Assembly: GCF_035084215.1 (NCBI RefSeq)
Contig: NC_090345.1
Coordinates: 20,460,001-20,524,000 of the forward strand
Length of the DNA stretch: 64,000 nt
Reading direction: 5' to 3'
From: Heptranchias perlo
Lineage: Eukaryota
The first letter of the stretch is position 1, and the number at the start of each line of letters is the position of its first letter. Of the stretch, positions 47,701 through 58,600 are shown one piece after another. A program made the translations under genes and the position numbers. The notes below the pieces were generated by a model. That model had not been told where the DNA came from. It worked only from the letters and a program-made list of their open reading frames with translations, and did not search any database.

Positions 47701-49315
47701 TGCACCTCCTGAAACACGTGTTTAGACTATTGTAGCATGTAAAAATTAAAAAGTTATTAATATTATTAATGTTATTTAAAACACTGGTTAGGCCACAGCT
47801 GGAGTACTGTGTGCAGTTCTGGTCGCCACACTACAGGAAGGATGTGATCGCTTTGGAGAGGGTGCAGAGGAGATTCACCAGGATGTTACCAGGGATGGAG
47901 CGCTTCAGCTATGAAGAGAGACTGGGAAGATTGGGTTTGTTTTCCTTGGAGCAGAGGAGGCTGAGGGGGGACATGATTGAGGTGTACAAAATTATGAGGG
48001 GCACAGATAGGATGGATACTAAGGAGCTTTTTCCCTTCGTTGAGGGTTCTATAACAAGGGGACATAGATTCAAGGTAAAAGGCGGGAGGTTTAGAGGGGA
48101 TTTGAGAAAGAACTTTTTCACCCAGAGGGTGGTTGGAGTCTGGAACTCACTGCCTGAAAGGGTTGTGGAGGCAGGAACCCTCACAACATTCAAGAAGCAT
48201 TTGGATGAGCACTTGAAATGCCATAGCATACAAGGCTACGGACCAAATGCTGGAATATGGGATTAGACAGGGCTTGATGGCCGGCGCGGACACGATGGGC
48301 CGAAGGGCCTCTATCCGTGCTGTATAACTCTATTTAAGTTATTAATGGGGACGGGGTTGGCTCTAAAATTCACTTAAGACTTGTTTCTGGTTCAGTAACC
48401 TCTAATCCCGGCTATCTGTGAAGAGGCTGGACTTCCTTCAATGTTTTCAGTCAAAATAGTTATGGAACTCCTTTAGAATATAACACATATTTCCCACAGC
48501 ACTTACTTGTACTGAAGCTGAGTTTATGATTTGTGAACGGTGTTGAAATACGACAGTTTGCTGCATTTTTCTGAATGCAGCGCGCCCGGAGAGCTGCAGA
48601 AACTCCCCTGGTGTTTAAACATGCTCGGTAAAGCTGCAAAGCAAGAAGAGACAATAAATCGCTACAGTTGAAAGAACGCTGTTAATTCGCATTTTAATCG
48701 AAGTTTGCTCCAGACGATTATTAATGTGACTCCCAAGCAGATGAATTTAAGTATTAAAATGATTTAAATTCCGACCAATTTTAAATCATTTAACCTGCAA
48801 AAACGTTGGAAAAAACAGCCCTGACCTTTAACAACTATGTTCCAAAGACGATTACTTAACAGACCTGTCAACTCTCATTTTGATTTAAAATACTATGACC
48901 TATCCTGATACACCTCGGTGAAAAATTCAGCCACATCTCCACGACTTTAAAGAAGTGTGGGAGAAATCAGTCTCACTGATCATAAATCAGTCTCACTGAT
49001 CATAAATCAGTCACCCTATGCTGACAACTCTGTAACATCCTTAAGAACAAAATTAAACGTTAACTGAAAGCCACGGTCCCCATAGCAAGGACTAAGTCGG
49101 TTGTAAAGCAATGTTCTTCTGAAGTTGGTTTAATTCTTGATATATAGAAACTGTCAAGACCACAAGCAGCCGCGGAATATTTTATTTTAAACGATAACGT
49201 TCCCCAGTTCTGATTAAACTACCATTCTTCCCCCAGCTGTAACGAGAATTCAATATCGCCAATAAAACCCACGCCTCCTCCTCACCCGAGTCACCGCTAC
49301 CACTGCCGCCGCCAT
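38698..49315 (-). CDS. PRDX3: Peroxiredoxin-3 (mitochondrial thioredoxin-dependent peroxide reductase), 252 aa
   Basis: Exons 49315-49286, 48633-48507, 46174-46033, 44128-43993, 43478-43375, 40812-40647, 38751-38698 (759 nt including TAG). Has an Arg-rich presequence, [15 protein letters not shown] (peroxidatic Cys), [12 protein letters not shown] (resolving Cys) and C-terminal KEYF. Confidence 0.97.
39060..40183 (+). mobile_element. CR1 LINE ORF2 (RT) fragment in PRDX3 intron 6
   Basis: [40 protein letters not shown] motifs with frameshifts. Confidence 0.9.
40647..40812 (-). CDS. PRDX3: PRDX3 exon 6 (GLFIID...[14 protein letters not shown])
   Basis: 166 nt, within ORF 40611..40850, carries the resolving Cys. 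Confidence 0.97.
43375..43478 (-). CDS. PRDX3: PRDX3 exon 5 ([14 protein letters not shown]...GIAL)
   Basis: 104 nt, canonical splice sites. Confidence 0.96.
43993..44128 (-). CDS. PRDX3: PRDX3 exon 4 (TFVCPTEI...AWINTPKK)
   Basis: 136 nt, carries the peroxidatic Cys. Confidence 0.96.
46033..46174 (-). CDS. PRDX3: PRDX3 exon 3 ([17 protein letters not shown]...FFYPLD)
   Basis: 142 nt, canonical splice sites. Confidence 0.96.
46975..47400 (+). mobile_element. Old CR1 fragment in PRDX3 intron 2
   Basis: [16 protein letters not shown] and RLRGDMI remnants. Confidence 0.7.
47762..48335 (+). mobile_element. Young 5'-truncated CR1 insertion in PRDX3 intron 2
   Basis: Uninterrupted 165-aa ORF2 C-terminus (47769..48266), 3' UTR, TSD AAGTTATTAAT (47751-47761 and 48336-48346). 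Confidence 0.9.
48507..48633 (-). CDS. PRDX3: PRDX3 exon 2 (mitochondrial presequence LYRACL...KLSFST)
   Basis: Acceptor ctttgcag, donor GTAAGT, 127 nt; phases fit exons 1 and 3. Confidence 0.88.
48964..49012. repeat. 20-bp tandem duplication AAATCAGTCTCACTGATCAT, about 2.5 copies
   Basis: Visible direct repeat. Confidence 0.8.
49286..49315 (-). CDS. PRDX3: PRDX3 exon 1 ([10 protein letters not shown])
   Basis: aagATGGCGGCG start context, donor GTGAGG. Confidence 0.85.
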
Positions 49316-49573
49316 CTTACAACAACCAGAGGCCGGCTTCGCGGCAACGCTCAGTAAAACTGCAAGGATCGGTTTATATTTTTTTAAAAATGAGACACAA
49401 ATTATCTACAAGAAAAAAAAAACATAACTGCAATAAAGAAACTAATTTTAAACGCGCGAAAGGAATAACAGATATAATGATCCGCCTCCGTCTTGCCGGA
49501 GGTGATGGTGTTCGGTGCTCACGTCAGTTCCTCTTGTTTACAATGTGACACCAAATGGTTGGGTTGGACCAAG
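49316..49573. promoter_or_regulatory. Bidirectional PRDX3/LSM1 promoter
   Basis: 258 bp between divergent ATGs with locally raised CpG; E2F-like TTCGCGCG (minus strand, ~49453-49460), CRE-like TCACGTCA 49519-49526, YY1-like CCGCCATCTT overlapping the PRDX3 ATG. Confidence 0.8.
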
Positions 49574-49619
49574 ATGAACTACATGCCCGGCACAGCCAGC
49601 CTGATAGAAGACATAGACA
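49574..49619 (+). CDS. LSM1: LSM1 exon 1
   Basis: MNYMPGTASLIEDID, donor GTAAGG. Confidence 0.95.
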
Positions 49620-52600
49620 GTAAGGGATTGTATTTACACCGCTCTTATTTTTTCGGCCTTATCAATTTTTAGCTCCTAGCTGTAGGTTTACATAAACGAG
49701 TAATGGTAGCCTCATCTTCACTGTGATTCGACTGTTCAAAATATATGGTTGTATTCCCCCGCCCAGGACAAGGACATTGGTTATCTGAAAAGAACATAAT
49801 AGCACTTGTAGTGTGTACTATTGAAGAGAGGAAAATCCTCCCAGAGTCATATAACAGATATCTAATAAATTGATTGAAGTTGGGAAAGAAATATTTGAAA
49901 CCTTTTCACCGGGATTTAATTTCTATCGAGGATAATTTGCTTTCAGAATGGCAAGGTGGTCCCGACCAGAACTTGGTCTCATTGGTTTAAAGTTAGAATT
50001 TTTCACTAAAACTATGTACTTGTTGAAGTTTTCAGAAGGAGTCAAGTTGCTTACTGAAAATTATAGTAATAAGAGCAGGGGAATGGGACTAACTAGATTG
50101 CTCTTACTAAGATAGATAGATTCCTGATTAACAAGGGAGTCAAAGGTTATAGTAGGTAGACAGGAAAGTAGGGTTGAGGTCACAAACAGATTAGCCATTA
50201 TCTTATCAAATGGTAAAGCAGGCTCGAGGGGCCAAATGGCCTACTCCTGCTCTTAATTCATATGTTCGTGAGAGTTGGCACAGGCTCGATGGACCAAATG
50301 GCCTCCTTCTGTGCTGTAACCATTCTATGATTCTATGGTTATATACCTACTGCCCAGCAATAAGATGCTAAATAGCTTTATAAATAAATTGTATATTTAT
50401 AAAATTTTCATCTTGTCTGCTACAACCTCGATAAAAAAAATTCTTCCATGTTATGCAAAATCACTGCAGGATCAATAAGAATAAAGGAACAAATTGATTA
50501 CATTATTAATATGTTATATGCACTGAACTAGTGTGAACATGCATATACAAATCCTTAAAACCATTGAAGTACACTACATGATGAACTTTTTGCTGCTCAT
50601 GTCAAAGCTGGGAATGGAACACTTCAATCTTTTACACCTACTGTCAGCATCAAGCAGTCCCAGATCAGTTGTAGTGCAGAAAAGATGGATAGTACAGGTA
50701 GTTTTTCTCTACTAGAGAGGAGCCAGTTCTAGATGCCTGGTTCATCACCCTTCAGCTTCCCTCCATAATGTAAACTAGCTGATCTACAGTAAACTGTTTT
50801 GTAGACACACAAAAATGTGAGCTTATGAATGTGCCATTGGGCTCTGGCCATGTTTGATTATAGTGTAATGGGAACATAAAGACATTTGGACTCTGGGACT
50901 TATTAACAGCATAGACCATTACTGCTATAGGGACTGGTTCCTTACTGTGAATTGTAAAAAGGGGAGAGCAACCCATGCATATCACCCTCTTGAAAAAGAT
51001 TTTTCAAAATCTTGTAAAATATAAATGCGCTTTAAAGCTCCTTGTGCACTGTTGTATACACAATGTCTAAATCTGTAAGATGTCCAGCCACTTCAATTTA
51101 AAATAGTAAGATATTCCTTCACTGTTTGACATCTAGTCTTGTTGCATTTCTATAAGCATTACAAAGTATAAAAATATTCAGTATCATATCTAACTTAAGC
51201 TACTAATGGCAATATTTTAAATAATGCCAAGCCATGGATCTATTATGAAATTTCTAACACTAAAAGTGTCTAATTTGAATTAAATCTTTTGAAACTGAAA
51301 GTATTGCTAGAATTAATGTCTTTAGTATTTTCTAACTGCACGACCATGGTTTTTTTTTAAAGGGTCAATCACTTTGGAGAGCAGGGAAGTCATTTTAGTT
51401 TGCAGTTTATTTTTATGTCAGAAGCTTGCTGAATCTTCCTTGTGAAAAAAGGATATTTTGTTAATATAAGTGGTAGGTCCATTGTTTGGTTATTTGTTAC
51501 TGTGGGAGTGAGGATTATCTTCCATTCCAGTCCTGGATGCTTATGCTGGTGTTACAAAGCAATTTTAAATAAAATCTCAGTACCAACTACACCTTGGTGG
51601 TAACTGGATAGTCCTTAGCAATAATTATTTTTTTAATTACTTGTAGTGCTGTGATTGGCTTCTAGGACATGGAAGGATACTTATCTTTGCTCCCACATAA
51701 GAGGAACTTACATTTGAACCACCACCTACTCAGTGATCTTTTCTGGCTGGGAGATCTGCCATTAGAGGTGATTTCTTCTAACAGGTAGAAGAATAAATAT
51801 GCTTCAGATCTTTATCCAGTAACCCCTGCTGTAATGTGTGCAACTGTACATATATGTGTGTGTATGTGTGTGTATGTATACGCGCGTGTGTATGTATACG
51901 CGCGTGTGTATGTATACGCGCGTGTGTATGTATACGCGCGTGTGTATGTATACGCGCGTGTGTATGTATACGCGCGTGTGTATGTATACGCGCGTGTGTA
52001 TATGTACTTGTGTCTATGCATGTGTGTGTATGTGTATAATTATATATGTGTATATATGTGTGTGCGTGCGTATATATGTGTGTGCGTGCGTATATATATA
52101 TATGGTGCGTGTATACATGTATGCCTAGAATGCCAGAGCTGTCCTATCCTTCCACCACCAATGCCATCATAACGCCTACTAACCTTCACTGTCTAGGTTT
52201 ATACCTGAAGAATGGTTACTAAGGCAAGTTGTGGAGGGTGCTGCCATACATGGAACCAAATTCCAACACAATTAACCAATTTGAGCCAAGAAAATTGGGG
52301 GAAACAATACGTAGTTTCCTCCCCCAAAAAGGACGTAGAACTACAAAGACGCGATGGAATAGTCTGGCTGCCTAGAAACCCACTTGCAAAATGTCAATCC
52401 TGCCAATGTTAGGAAGAGACTAGATCGATAAATAGATTTTTCTTCAAGTTCACATTCTCCACACACCACTGCAGTGAGCCATTGCCAGGAAACATTTTCC
52501 TGGGGGGAAATTAAGGTGAGAAATGACTTTCCTTTTAAGGATTGAATGATGTGACGATGTTATAATAGGGAGAGGATTTACCACCCCCCCCCCCCACACC

Positions 52601-55600
52601 CCAAATGACCCCTGTACTGTCAGCTGACATACACCCTGGTGTTGTCACTGAGATATCAATTTTGTTCCCAGTGCCATGTTCATGCCATCTTTTTCACCCA
52701 CTCATCTGTGATTTTCTTTGTTTGCTTAGTCATTTTAAATTGTACTTTCTTGTTTGTCTCTCTTTTTTAAATTCTCCGATCTACAAATGTTCTTGATCGG
52801 AACAAGGCATAATTAATTATATGTCTAATCTGTCAGATTTAGCTGATTATGTACATTATAACAGATTTGCACTGTAAATATTGTGCTAATTTTTTCACAA
52901 GCTTTTCCTTAGGCTGATTGGCATGATCATTGCTTGCTATGTCTGACTGCTGCTCAGAAGATGGCAGAATGCCTAAGTTGCCTATTGTTTTTGCTGCATA
53001 CGCGTAGGGATTGTTTAAGGCATCTACAACCTATGATCCACCAGGAGTTGAAAACAAATTCTGGTCCATCCAATTCTGCCCAGTCACTGATTACATGCTT
53101 GGCACTGACTGCACTGACTGAATTCACTAACTCTGTTGGTACCTGCTCACTTCAAAAAGAATAAGCATAAAAGGCACAATGGTGACTCAGATTCTCCTAA
53201 CCAATATTAAGAAATCCTTTGTAAAGGAGAATTGCTAATACTTCACCAATGCCGGTAGTATTCTGACTCGTGCATCCTCTTCTATTTCTTCTGGCATTAA
53301 TCTGGTTCAATGACTTCAGCGCCGACTCTTTCTACCCATCCTATGCTTTTATTCCTAGTTCAAATAAGCTCAGCATTGGTACCAGCCAGTATTGATTTTT
53401 TTTTACATTTGTCAGCTCCCCCTTGGTAGCTTAACCTTTATCAGCTGTTTCTATCTCTTTTCCCCCCCCCCCTCCCCCGCCTCTGGTGAACTGGAGAACT
53501 CTCTGTACTGATGCATTAGGGAGTTTCTTCTTTAAAGATTTAGTGTTACCCTTTCTGCAGAGTCCAGACAGTGTGATTCTAAACAGAAACTATTAACAGG
53601 GGCCGCCTTAGACTAGACAGACCGATGTTGTATCTTCTCCAATGAGTTCACTACAGCTAATTCAGGATTTGCAGCCCTTGCAGTCTCTTTGCGATAGTGC
53701 TGCACTTAATCCCCCAAAGACTGTTTAGAGAGATCATGAGTAGTAGGATAGAAACTGCCCTCTCACATTGGGTGTAACTTTGACTTTGTGCGATAGTGTA
53801 AAATGGATAGCGAATCAGCAGCCTGTTTTACATCTCTCCCGATTTTTTTTATTTCCATTGATGTTATTAAGAGCATCGGTGCAACATTTAGATCCTTTCC
53901 CTCTGTAACCTATTAGAGAGAATGGATCTAACTGTTGCTTAGATGCTTTGAAGAATGGAGAAGATCACAGCAGGATCTGGATTTGTAGAATCATAAGACT
54001 TTGCTTAAGTCAGGATATCCTGACATCAATCATTACAGCTACAGTCTAATCTTAAATCCTTGAATGAATCACCTAATGAGCAAACCCTACTTCTAATGGG
54101 AAATAAAATACATATTGCATCTAAACAACATCAAGCTGCTGTTAGTGCAATGGACTATACTATTCGATGCATAACTCAGTCACATTTTCCATTTCGTTTG
54201 GAACAGTTTACAGAGTTCCATGTGGAATTTCAATAGCAATTACTATTCTTTCCCTTTAATGGAAAAAGTTGTTCGGCAGTTGTTTGAAGTCCACAAGCAC
54301 GAGGAACAACACCTCCAGGCTCTCCCAATAATGGCTTTAGGAGGTAACTGCCCTGTTTGTAGTGCAAATGGAGACAATTCCAGCAGTCTTTATAGTGCTG
54401 TAGACAGAGTTGAAGTCAACATTTACTTCAAGAAGCCAGTTATGCACAATGGGGTCCTTGACCAAGGGGCTCCTGACTCAGTATAACACGTTCTTCACAA
54501 AAATAATAATAATGAACAAGCTATGCTTCCTTATGTCAGTGGGTTGTCTTACTTGACTTAAGCAAAATAGCTTCTAACTATTCTCCTGCATTCTTTTGCA
54601 CCTGACGAAAGCTTGCCCTCACAGATGTCTGTTTAAAAACCTGACTGGCTGCCTGCACCTCTGACCCTATGTTCACAGCACAAGAGGAAGGCCTATGCCA
54701 GACAGTCCCTGTCAATATTATAGCCTAGCTCATTAGCATTTTAACTACCTTTCATCTCGGTGCCTTTTTTTTAAAACATGTGTGAATATACTTTGCATTA
54801 AGGCAAAACCCTTAAATGTAACTTTTGATTTGAGAAAATGCCACAACCCCTTGACTGCTTAATGACATCACAAGTCAACTGGCCCATTCATTTTTTTTGC
54901 CACTTGTGGTGACTGGCTAAAAATACAAATACCCAGATAAAATTATCATCATCATCCCCCTCTTTAAAATTTGGAATAAGATTTGATTTAATAAAATGGG
55001 GAGCCCGAGATCTGCAGCCGCATTTAGATGCCAGATCGAGAGCACAGCGACACTCTTTCTTCTTTTCAGCCTCACCCTGGGACCGTTTCTTCTTGTGTTG
55101 AAACAACAACAACTTGCATTTATATAGCATGTAGAAAAACATTTATATTTAACATAGAAAAACATACCAAGACACTTTACAGAGGTGTAATGAAAAATAA
55201 ATTATTGCTGAGCCAAAGAAGGAGATATTAGCAACTGCTGGGGTGTATAGTAGGAGTCAAAAACAGTTGTAGGAATATTTAGTCAGCAGGCTGGTTCTGT
55301 AGTTGCATGACCCACAAGGTCATTTCACAGATCATGAAACATTTTCAAATCGGCAGCCTTGTCAAGTCACATTCCATGTGAACATACTTACTGCCACAAC
55401 TGTAGTGCATGAAGATAGAGAGGTCTCCCTGGGCTGTGAGATACTTCTTTCAAATGTATCTGCATTTAGGTTTGCTCTACACATGAAGGAAGCCCCTCAA
55501 AAAATGTTGTCTTGCAGCACGCTGCTGGTGCTTTGATCCACATGACAATAGTTGCAAACAAAAGAATTATTCTTCTGCTTATTTACTCAACTTGAGTTAA

Positions 55601-58600
55601 AGGGTCACAAGTGTTTGGTAAACTTTTTTATTCAGGATAGAGAAAAGCCAAACAGTTGTGAATCATTTTCATCACAATGGCCATTGTGTAAATGTAATTC
55701 ACCATCATTTATTTTGTCGTATTTATAAATTAAAAGATGCCAAACAATTTTCATAAAGGCAATGCTTCTTTAATATACAGAACTAGAAAGTTTTGCAATC
55801 AACCTAGCAGCAAAAATGACAACACCTACTGAAATGGGCCCTGTGTTCAATCCTCGGTTAAAAATTCCAAAGGGATACTTTAAATGTTATTGTCAAAATG
55901 AGTGCTCTGTTTTTTTTGTATTTGACCTGTGCTGGGCTGAATAGATAAGAGGAGGAATATATCTGCGAATCAGTCCATTAAATGAACATTGACAGCAGCC
56001 TATATTTTACAGTACTTTGGAAGAATATATGCTTAGGATTGTAAATTGTTTGGCCATTATTATAAGTTTAATGAAGGAGCTTGTTAAAAGCTGAAAAGTT
56101 TTTACTGTTAATATTTTAAATAAATACCTAACAAGATTATGCATTTTTAGAAAAAGCATTTTCTAGAAATCAGATTAAATCTGTACATACAGATTAACAG
56201 CTTCAGTTACAGGGTTTAGAAAAGTAATTTTGGCTTTTGTGAAATATTATTTGTCTTTGCAGATATTTCTTTGTCTTAATAGTCACCCAGACGTATAAAT
56301 TATACTGTGTGAACGTTACTGTATGAATGCTTAGCACATTCATATGAAATTCTTTTGTCCATTATTTTAAGTGATATTAATTCATTTAACATAAACAACA
56401 GCAGCAATTTGCATTTATCAAGCACCTTTACCATAGAAAAATGTCCCAATATGCTTCACAGTTGTAATCAGACAAAAATGAACATCAAGACAAGGAGATA
56501 TTAGGAGGGGTGGCCAAAAGCTTGGTCAGAAAGGTGCGTTTTAAGGAGGGCCTTAAAGGACGAGAGGCGGAGGGGTGCAGGGAGGGAATTCCAGAGGGTG
56601 GGGCCAAAGTCAGCTGAAGGCACTGCTGTCAGTGGTAGGGTGAATGGGCGGGGTTATGCACAAAAGGCAGAATTAAAGGAATGGAGAGTTCGGGGTGGGG
56701 CGGGGTTGTAGGACTGGGGGAGGTTACAGAGATAGATAGGGGCAAAGCCATGAAGGAGGATGAGAATTTTAAATTTGACATGTTTGGAGTCCGGTAGTCA
56801 ATGTAAGTCAGCAAGGACGGGGTAATAGGTGAGCAGGACTTGATGTGGGATAGGATACGAGCAACAACGTTTTGGATGAACTAAAGTTTAGAGAAAGTGG
56901 AGGATGGAAGATCAGCCAGGAAAGAATTGGAATAGTTGAGTTTGAAGGTGACAAAGGCATTGATGAGGGTTTCAGTGGAAGATTGGCAGAGGTGGAGGTG
57001 GATGATGTTACGGAGGTGGAAATAGGCGTTCTTTGTGATGATGAGAATATGGGGTTGAAAGCTCACTGGTTAATGCCTCAGGTGAGATAGCAGACAAAGG
57101 AATTTCAGACAACATGTGCTAACCTTTGCACAGTGTAATTTCAAGGCTTCAGTGTCTCTCTAATGATGGTTTATTCACAGACTTCAGAAACAGATTCCAG
57201 AGTGTGTCTGATTAAGTTTCAGTTGGTGTCTTTATCCACCAGCTTCTGCTTCTGTTGTATTCTCCAACAAGACCCTTGCTGTTTATTGTGGTTTAGGGAT
57301 GAAACTTTAAAGGCTCCCAAAGTGCAGTTGTGCATTTGTGGTGAAGTACAGTGTGAAATTAACAATAGTTCATGCCTATCAGTTTTCAAGAATGTTGTTT
57401 TAGAGGACCATATGGTTAATTATACTGTCTAAAATATTTATTTTCCTTCACAGAAAAACATTTAGTAGTACTTCGGGATGGAAGAACATTAATAGGATAT
57501 TTGAGGAGTGTAGATCAATTTGGTGAGTATTGTATCGGCAGCAAAAAAAAGTGTTTAAACTGTGTGGTGTTTCAATCACTTTTGATAATAGAAAGTTGTA
57601 GGTCATGTGGTTAAAACGCTTATATATCTCCTTAGACAATTGAAAGAACATGATGTTCCTGTGGTAATGGCTTTGAATCAGTACAGTAATTGCTGAACTC
57701 TAGAGCAAGGAGGAGTTGAATTATGAAAACATCCATCACTAGAAGTAAAGACTTTGTTCCCCCAAATTCGGATTGTGTATATAATAGATTTGTTTGTATA
57801 TTGAATGCAGGAGCAATGCAGATGGGAGTCACACTATCGGTACCCCTGTGATTAACCAGAATGTCCTTTTTAATTTTTTTTAAGCATTCTGTAAGTGACA
57901 TAGTAGCAGAACACAGCTTGAGGCAACTGAAAAGAACAGCTAACTTAAGCAATTGATACTTGTGGTCGCAGGGAGCAGGGAGAGAATTGGGTTGTCAACT
58001 TCCAAGCCAGAAGTTTCCAATGATCTGACATGTGCTCCAACAAATGTGGTTGAACAAGGTCAACTATTCAGCTTTTAACTATAAGGGGAAGAATTCCAGA
58101 CGACAGTACAGACAGGAGAAGCAGTATGTAAAGCTTTACTGCTGGTATTTCTGTGCAAACGTTTTGAAGATTGTGGTTTAAACCATATTGAATGCAAGAT
58201 TAATTGTCTCTCGAACTTGTCCATTTGGGGCACATCGCCCAAGTAGGCCTTGTAGAAGACTGAAGTACACTACTGGAAAGTAAAGCTGAGCTTTGTTCAG
58301 TCGTCTCACTCAAGCAATTATGACCATCTTCGTTATTTGGCTCTTCAACAGTTGCTCAAATGTAATTACCAAACAACTGAGGAAAGCTTACTACTCTTGT
58401 ATAATTCAGATGGATGAGAAATATTTTGGACCAACTTTTTCAGCTAATTTACTCACCTGTTCTTTTGGGCCCTGAATATAACCCATAATTTCTTCACCAA
58501 CTGCCCAATTCTGTCTATGTTTGCCCAGAGTAACTCAGTCACATCATGTTTTCAGCAGGGGAGTTCGCCACTCTAGAGGAATATTGTCAGTAAAAAGAGC

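Noticed and set aside
51812-52172. Repetitive ORFs (YTRAYT, CVCIRA)
   Set aside because: Translations of a simple repeat
54597-54618. Hammerhead-like CACCTGACGAAAGCTTG
   Set aside because: Stem II is missing and there is no flanking element sequence; a deleted remnant at best, or chance
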